Source: Salinispira sp. (GTDB lineage Bacteria; Spirochaetota; Spirochaetia; DSM-27196; Salinispiraceae). From it: a DNA stretch of 53,028 bases. How positions within the stretch are numbered: position 1 is the first letter of the stretch; the number at the start of each line of letters is the position of its first letter. The stretch is taken from positions 1 to 53,028 of the forward strand of contig CBDDDG010000015.1 of NCBI GenBank assembly GCA_965226555.1, written 5' to 3'. Under the pieces are notes generated by a model. That model worked only from the letters and a program-made list of their open reading frames with translations, was not told the origin of the DNA and did not search any database. A program made the position numbers and the translations under genes. Of this stretch, positions 50,485-53,028 are shown one piece after another.

Positions 50485-50513
50485 ATTTTATTCACTGAGA
50501 AACTTTCTGTCAA
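50485..50513 (-). promoter_or_regulatory. Sigma70 promoter of the FN3-BspA gene
   Basis: Minus strand TTGACA-17 nt-TAAAAT, about 75 nt upstream of ATG 50409. Confidence 0.75.
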
Positions 50514-50683
50514 GCAAAATTTCAATCTTATGTGGGATATTAAGGTTTGAGCTGAACCTCCGGTAATTGAAATCTATCTGATACTCCTCGGCTTCCTTAA
50601 GAAACTCATTGAGATTCGGATTCATCACCTGCGGATTTTGTCAGATGCCGTCAGTTTTTTCTGCTGTTTCGCAGGCTCAAAAA

Positions 50684-52963
50684 CTATTCGCTTGCCGCAA
50701 GGGCTCCTTCAATATCCCACAGGCGCATGGTGTTATCGAAACTGCTGGAGAGCGCATGGCTGCCGTCTGGTGAAAAGGCAACAGAATAGACCCAGCTACT
50801 GTGCCCGCTGAAGAGCTGAAGCTCATCTCCGCTTGAAATATCCCACAGGCGCATGGTGCCATCGGAACTGCCGGAGAGCGCATTGCTGCCGTCTGGTGAA
50901 AAGGCAACAGAATTGACGTCTTCACTGTGTCCGCGGAAGAGCTGAAGCTCATCTCCGCTTGAAATATCCCACAGGCGCATGGTGCCATCGTCACTGCCGG
51001 AGAGCGCTTTGCTGCCGTCTGGTGAAAAGGCAACAGAACGGACGCTGTCACTGTGCCCGCTGAAGAGCTGAAGCTCATCTCCGCTTGAAATATTCCACAG
51101 AATCATGGTGTCATCGGAACTGCCGGAGAGCGCCTTGCTGCCGTCTGGTGAAAAGGCAACAGAATTGACCCAGTCACTGTGTCCGCTGAAGAGCTGAAGC
51201 TCATCTCCGCTTGAAATATTCCACAGAATCATGGTGTCATCGGAACTGCCGGAGAGCGCCTGGCTGCCGTCTGGTGAAAAGGCAACAGAACGGACGCTGC
51301 CACTGTGCCCGCTGAAGAGCTGAAGCTCATCTCCGCTTGAAATATCCCACAGGCGTATGGTGCCATCGGCACTGCCGGAGAGCGCCTTGCTGCCGTCTGG
51401 TGAAAAGGCAACAGAATAGACGCTGCCACTGTGCCCGCCGCTGAAGAGCTGAAGCTCATCTCCGCTTGAAATATCCCACAGGCGCATGGTCTTATCGAAA
51501 CTGCCGGAGAGCGCCTGGCTGCCGTCTGGTGAAAAGGCAACAGAATTGACGCTGTCACTGTGCCCGCCGCTGAAGAGCTGAAGCTCATCTCCGCTTGAAA
51601 TATCCCACAGAATCATGGTGTCATCGGAACTGTCGGAGAGCGCCTTGCTGCCGTCTGGTGAAAAGGCAACAGAAAAGACGCCGTCACTGTGCCCGCTGAA
51701 GAGCTGAAGCTCATCTCCGCTTGAAATATCCCACAGGCGCATGGTCTTATCGAAACTGCCGGAGAGCGCCTGGCTGCCGTCTGGTGAAAAGGCAACAGAA
51801 TTGACGCTGCCACTGTGCCCGCTGAAGAGCTGAAGCTCATCTCCGCTTGAAATATCCCACAGAATCATGGTCTTATCTAAACTGCCGGAGAGCGCTTGGC
51901 TGCCGTCTGGTGAAAAGGCAACAGAACGGACCCAGTCACTGTGTCCGCTGAAGAGCTGAAGCTCATCTCCGCTTGAAATATCCCACAGGCGCATGGTGCC
52001 ATCGGCACTGCCGGAGAGCGCCTGGCTGCCGTCTGGTGAAAAGGCAACAGAATTGACCCATGCACTGTGCCCGCTGAAGAGCTGAAGCTCATCTCCGCTT
52101 GAAATATCCCACAGGCGCATGGTGCCATCGTCACTGCCGGAGAGCGCCTGGCTGCCGTCTGGTGAAAAGGCAACAGAATTGACCCAGTCACTGTGTCCGC
52201 TGAAGAGCTGAAGCTCATCTCCGCTTGAAATATCCCACAGGCGCATGGTCTTATCGGCACTGCCGGAGAGCGCCTTGCTGCCGTCTGGTGAAAAGACAAC
52301 AGAAAAGACGCTGTCACTGTGCCCGCCGCCAAAGAGCTGAAGCTCATCTCCGCTTGAAATATCCCACAGAATCATGGTCTTATCTAAACTGCCGGAGAGC
52401 GCCTGGCTGCCGTCTGGTGAAAAGGCAACAGAATTGACCCTGCCACTGTGCCCGCTGCCAAAGAGCTGAATCTCAAAAGTTGATGTGGTCTGCGATGCGG
52501 ACGGAGTCAGATCTTCTCCCTGAGTCAGATCCCCTCCGAGCTTTGCTCCGTATTCTGTAAGTAAATTGATCATTTCTTCGCTGTCTGCTCTGTCTAACGC
52601 GGTATTGCCCCCATTATTTGTTGCATTCACATCAGCCCCTGCGAATATGAGAACCTGCGCAAAGCTGGGGCTGTCATAATATGCAGCCTTCATGAGCGCG
52701 GTAGCACCCCCATAATCTGTTGCATTCACATTAGCCCCTGCGGATATAATGTCCTGTGCCCAATTAGCACTATCATACCGCGCAGCAAGCATGAGGACGG
52801 TAGTTCCGTCAATAGTTGCCACATTCACATCGGCCCCTGCGTATACGGCGATCATAGCTTCATCGAGGAGTCCCGATCGTAAAGCCCTTTTTAATGCTGA
52901 ATCGAGAGGGTTGCAACCGACTATTAATAATACAATAAAGAAAAGAGAAAATATTTTTTTCAT
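50684..52963 (-). CDS. Lipoprotein with ~3 ankyrin repeats + 14 WD40 repeats
   Basis: AAGGAG RBS; MKKIFSLFFIVLLIVG-C lipobox; GADVN...G.T.LM.AA ankyrin units; 14 GHS..V.SVAFSPDGS.ALS.S.D.T..LW units. Confidence 0.93.
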   Translation of the reverse strand: MKKIFSLFFIVLLIVGCNPLDSALKRALRSGLLDEAMIAVYAGADVNVATIDGTTVLMLAARYDSANWAQDIISAGANVNATDYGGATALMKAAYYDSPSFAQVLIFAGADVNATNNGGNTALDRADSEEMINLLTEYGAKLGGDLTQGEDLTPSASQTTSTFEIQLFGSGHSGRVNSVAFSPDGSQALSGSLDKTMILWDISSGDELQLFGGGHSDSVFSVVFSPDGSKALSGSADKTMRLWDISSGDELQLFSGHSDWVNSVAFSPDGSQALSGSDDGTMRLWDISSGDELQLFSGHSAWVNSVAFSPDGSQALSGSADGTMRLWDISSGDELQLFSGHSDWVRSVAFSPDGSQALSGSLDKTMILWDISSGDELQLFSGHSGSVNSVAFSPDGSQALSGSFDKTMRLWDISSGDELQLFSGHSDGVFSVAFSPDGSKALSDSSDDTMILWDISSGDELQLFSGGHSDSVNSVAFSPDGSQALSGSFDKTMRLWDISSGDELQLFSGGHSGSVYSVAFSPDGSKALSGSADGTIRLWDISSGDELQLFSGHSGSVRSVAFSPDGSQALSGSSDDTMILWNISSGDELQLFSGHSDWVNSVAFSPDGSKALSGSSDDTMILWNISSGDELQLFSGHSDSVRSVAFSPDGSKALSGSDDGTMRLWDISSGDELQLFRGHSEDVNSVAFSPDGSNALSGSSDGTMRLWDISSGDELQLFSGHSSWVYSVAFSPDGSHALSSSFDNTMRLWDIEGALAASE
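50710..52470 (-). repeat. 126/129-bp near-identical coding tandem repeat x14 (WD40 array)
   Basis: Blocks such as gaagagctgaagctcatctccgcttgaaatatcccacag and gctgccgtctggtgaaaaggcaacagaa recur almost unchanged in each unit. Confidence 0.97.
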
Positions 52964-53028
52964 AAAAAAACTCCTTAATTCGATATACTGAGAGACCATT
53001 GCACGGCAACAGTCTCATCTATAATATA

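Noticed and set aside
50488..50625. 45-codon minus-strand ORF MNPNLNEFLKEAEEYQIDF...
   Set aside because: It is short, of no recognisable family, and its 3' end runs through the sigma70 promoter of the next gene. It may be a remnant but I cannot support a call.
50677..52347. Alternate-frame ORFs (MSFSSSAGT...) and other antisense ORFs over the FN3, BspA and WD40 repeats
   Set aside because: These are shadows of stop-poor repetitive coding DNA, with no independent RBS or family signal.
50710..52470. WD40 DNA array as a CRISPR array
   Set aside because: Units are 126/129 bp, in frame within one ORF, with no unique spacers and no cas genes in the window.
48025..52963. Diversity-generating retroelement behind the variable repeats
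   Set aside because: No reverse transcriptase or template/variable repeat pair is present in the window, and the differences are whole-codon swaps not restricted to adenines.

Overview
Mostly conserved housekeeping genes of a spirochaete-like bacterium (taxonomy inferred from gene order and protein sequences): yajC-secD-secF, glgX, mutY, recA-folK-scpAB-rluB-cmk-rpsA, mazG, mreBCD-mrdA-rodA, rnpB, mltG-dnaG-rpoD, tRNA-Thr/Tyr and a stand-alone EF-G. Three accessory zones interrupt this backbone. (1) 1-4.4 kb: a probable type I restriction R-subunit C-terminus and a lipoprotein with 8 FN3 domains, a GH18 domain and a PA14 domain. (2) 13.3-18.7 kb: a decay zone with an SDR remnant, an orphan ORF, an FN3-BspA(DUF285) lipoprotein, a 5'-truncated BrnT with intact BrnA, an internally deleted Rpn nuclease with a separately translatable RpnS-like C-terminus, and an IS3 transposase relic. 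(3) 48-53 kb: a second FN3-BspA lipoprotein and an ankyrin plus 14x WD40 lipoprotein whose repeats are nearly identical in DNA but vary at a few fixed codons. The most notable signals are a possible repertoire of modular, recombination-diversified surface receptors and a dispersed ~54-bp palindromic REP/MITE-like element with 7 full or variant copies. Eukaryote-like repeat proteins and gene decay suggest a host-associated lifestyle (inference). No CRISPR array, rRNA, reverse transcriptase or intact transposase/integrase was seen. All calls were made by eye, without database searches.
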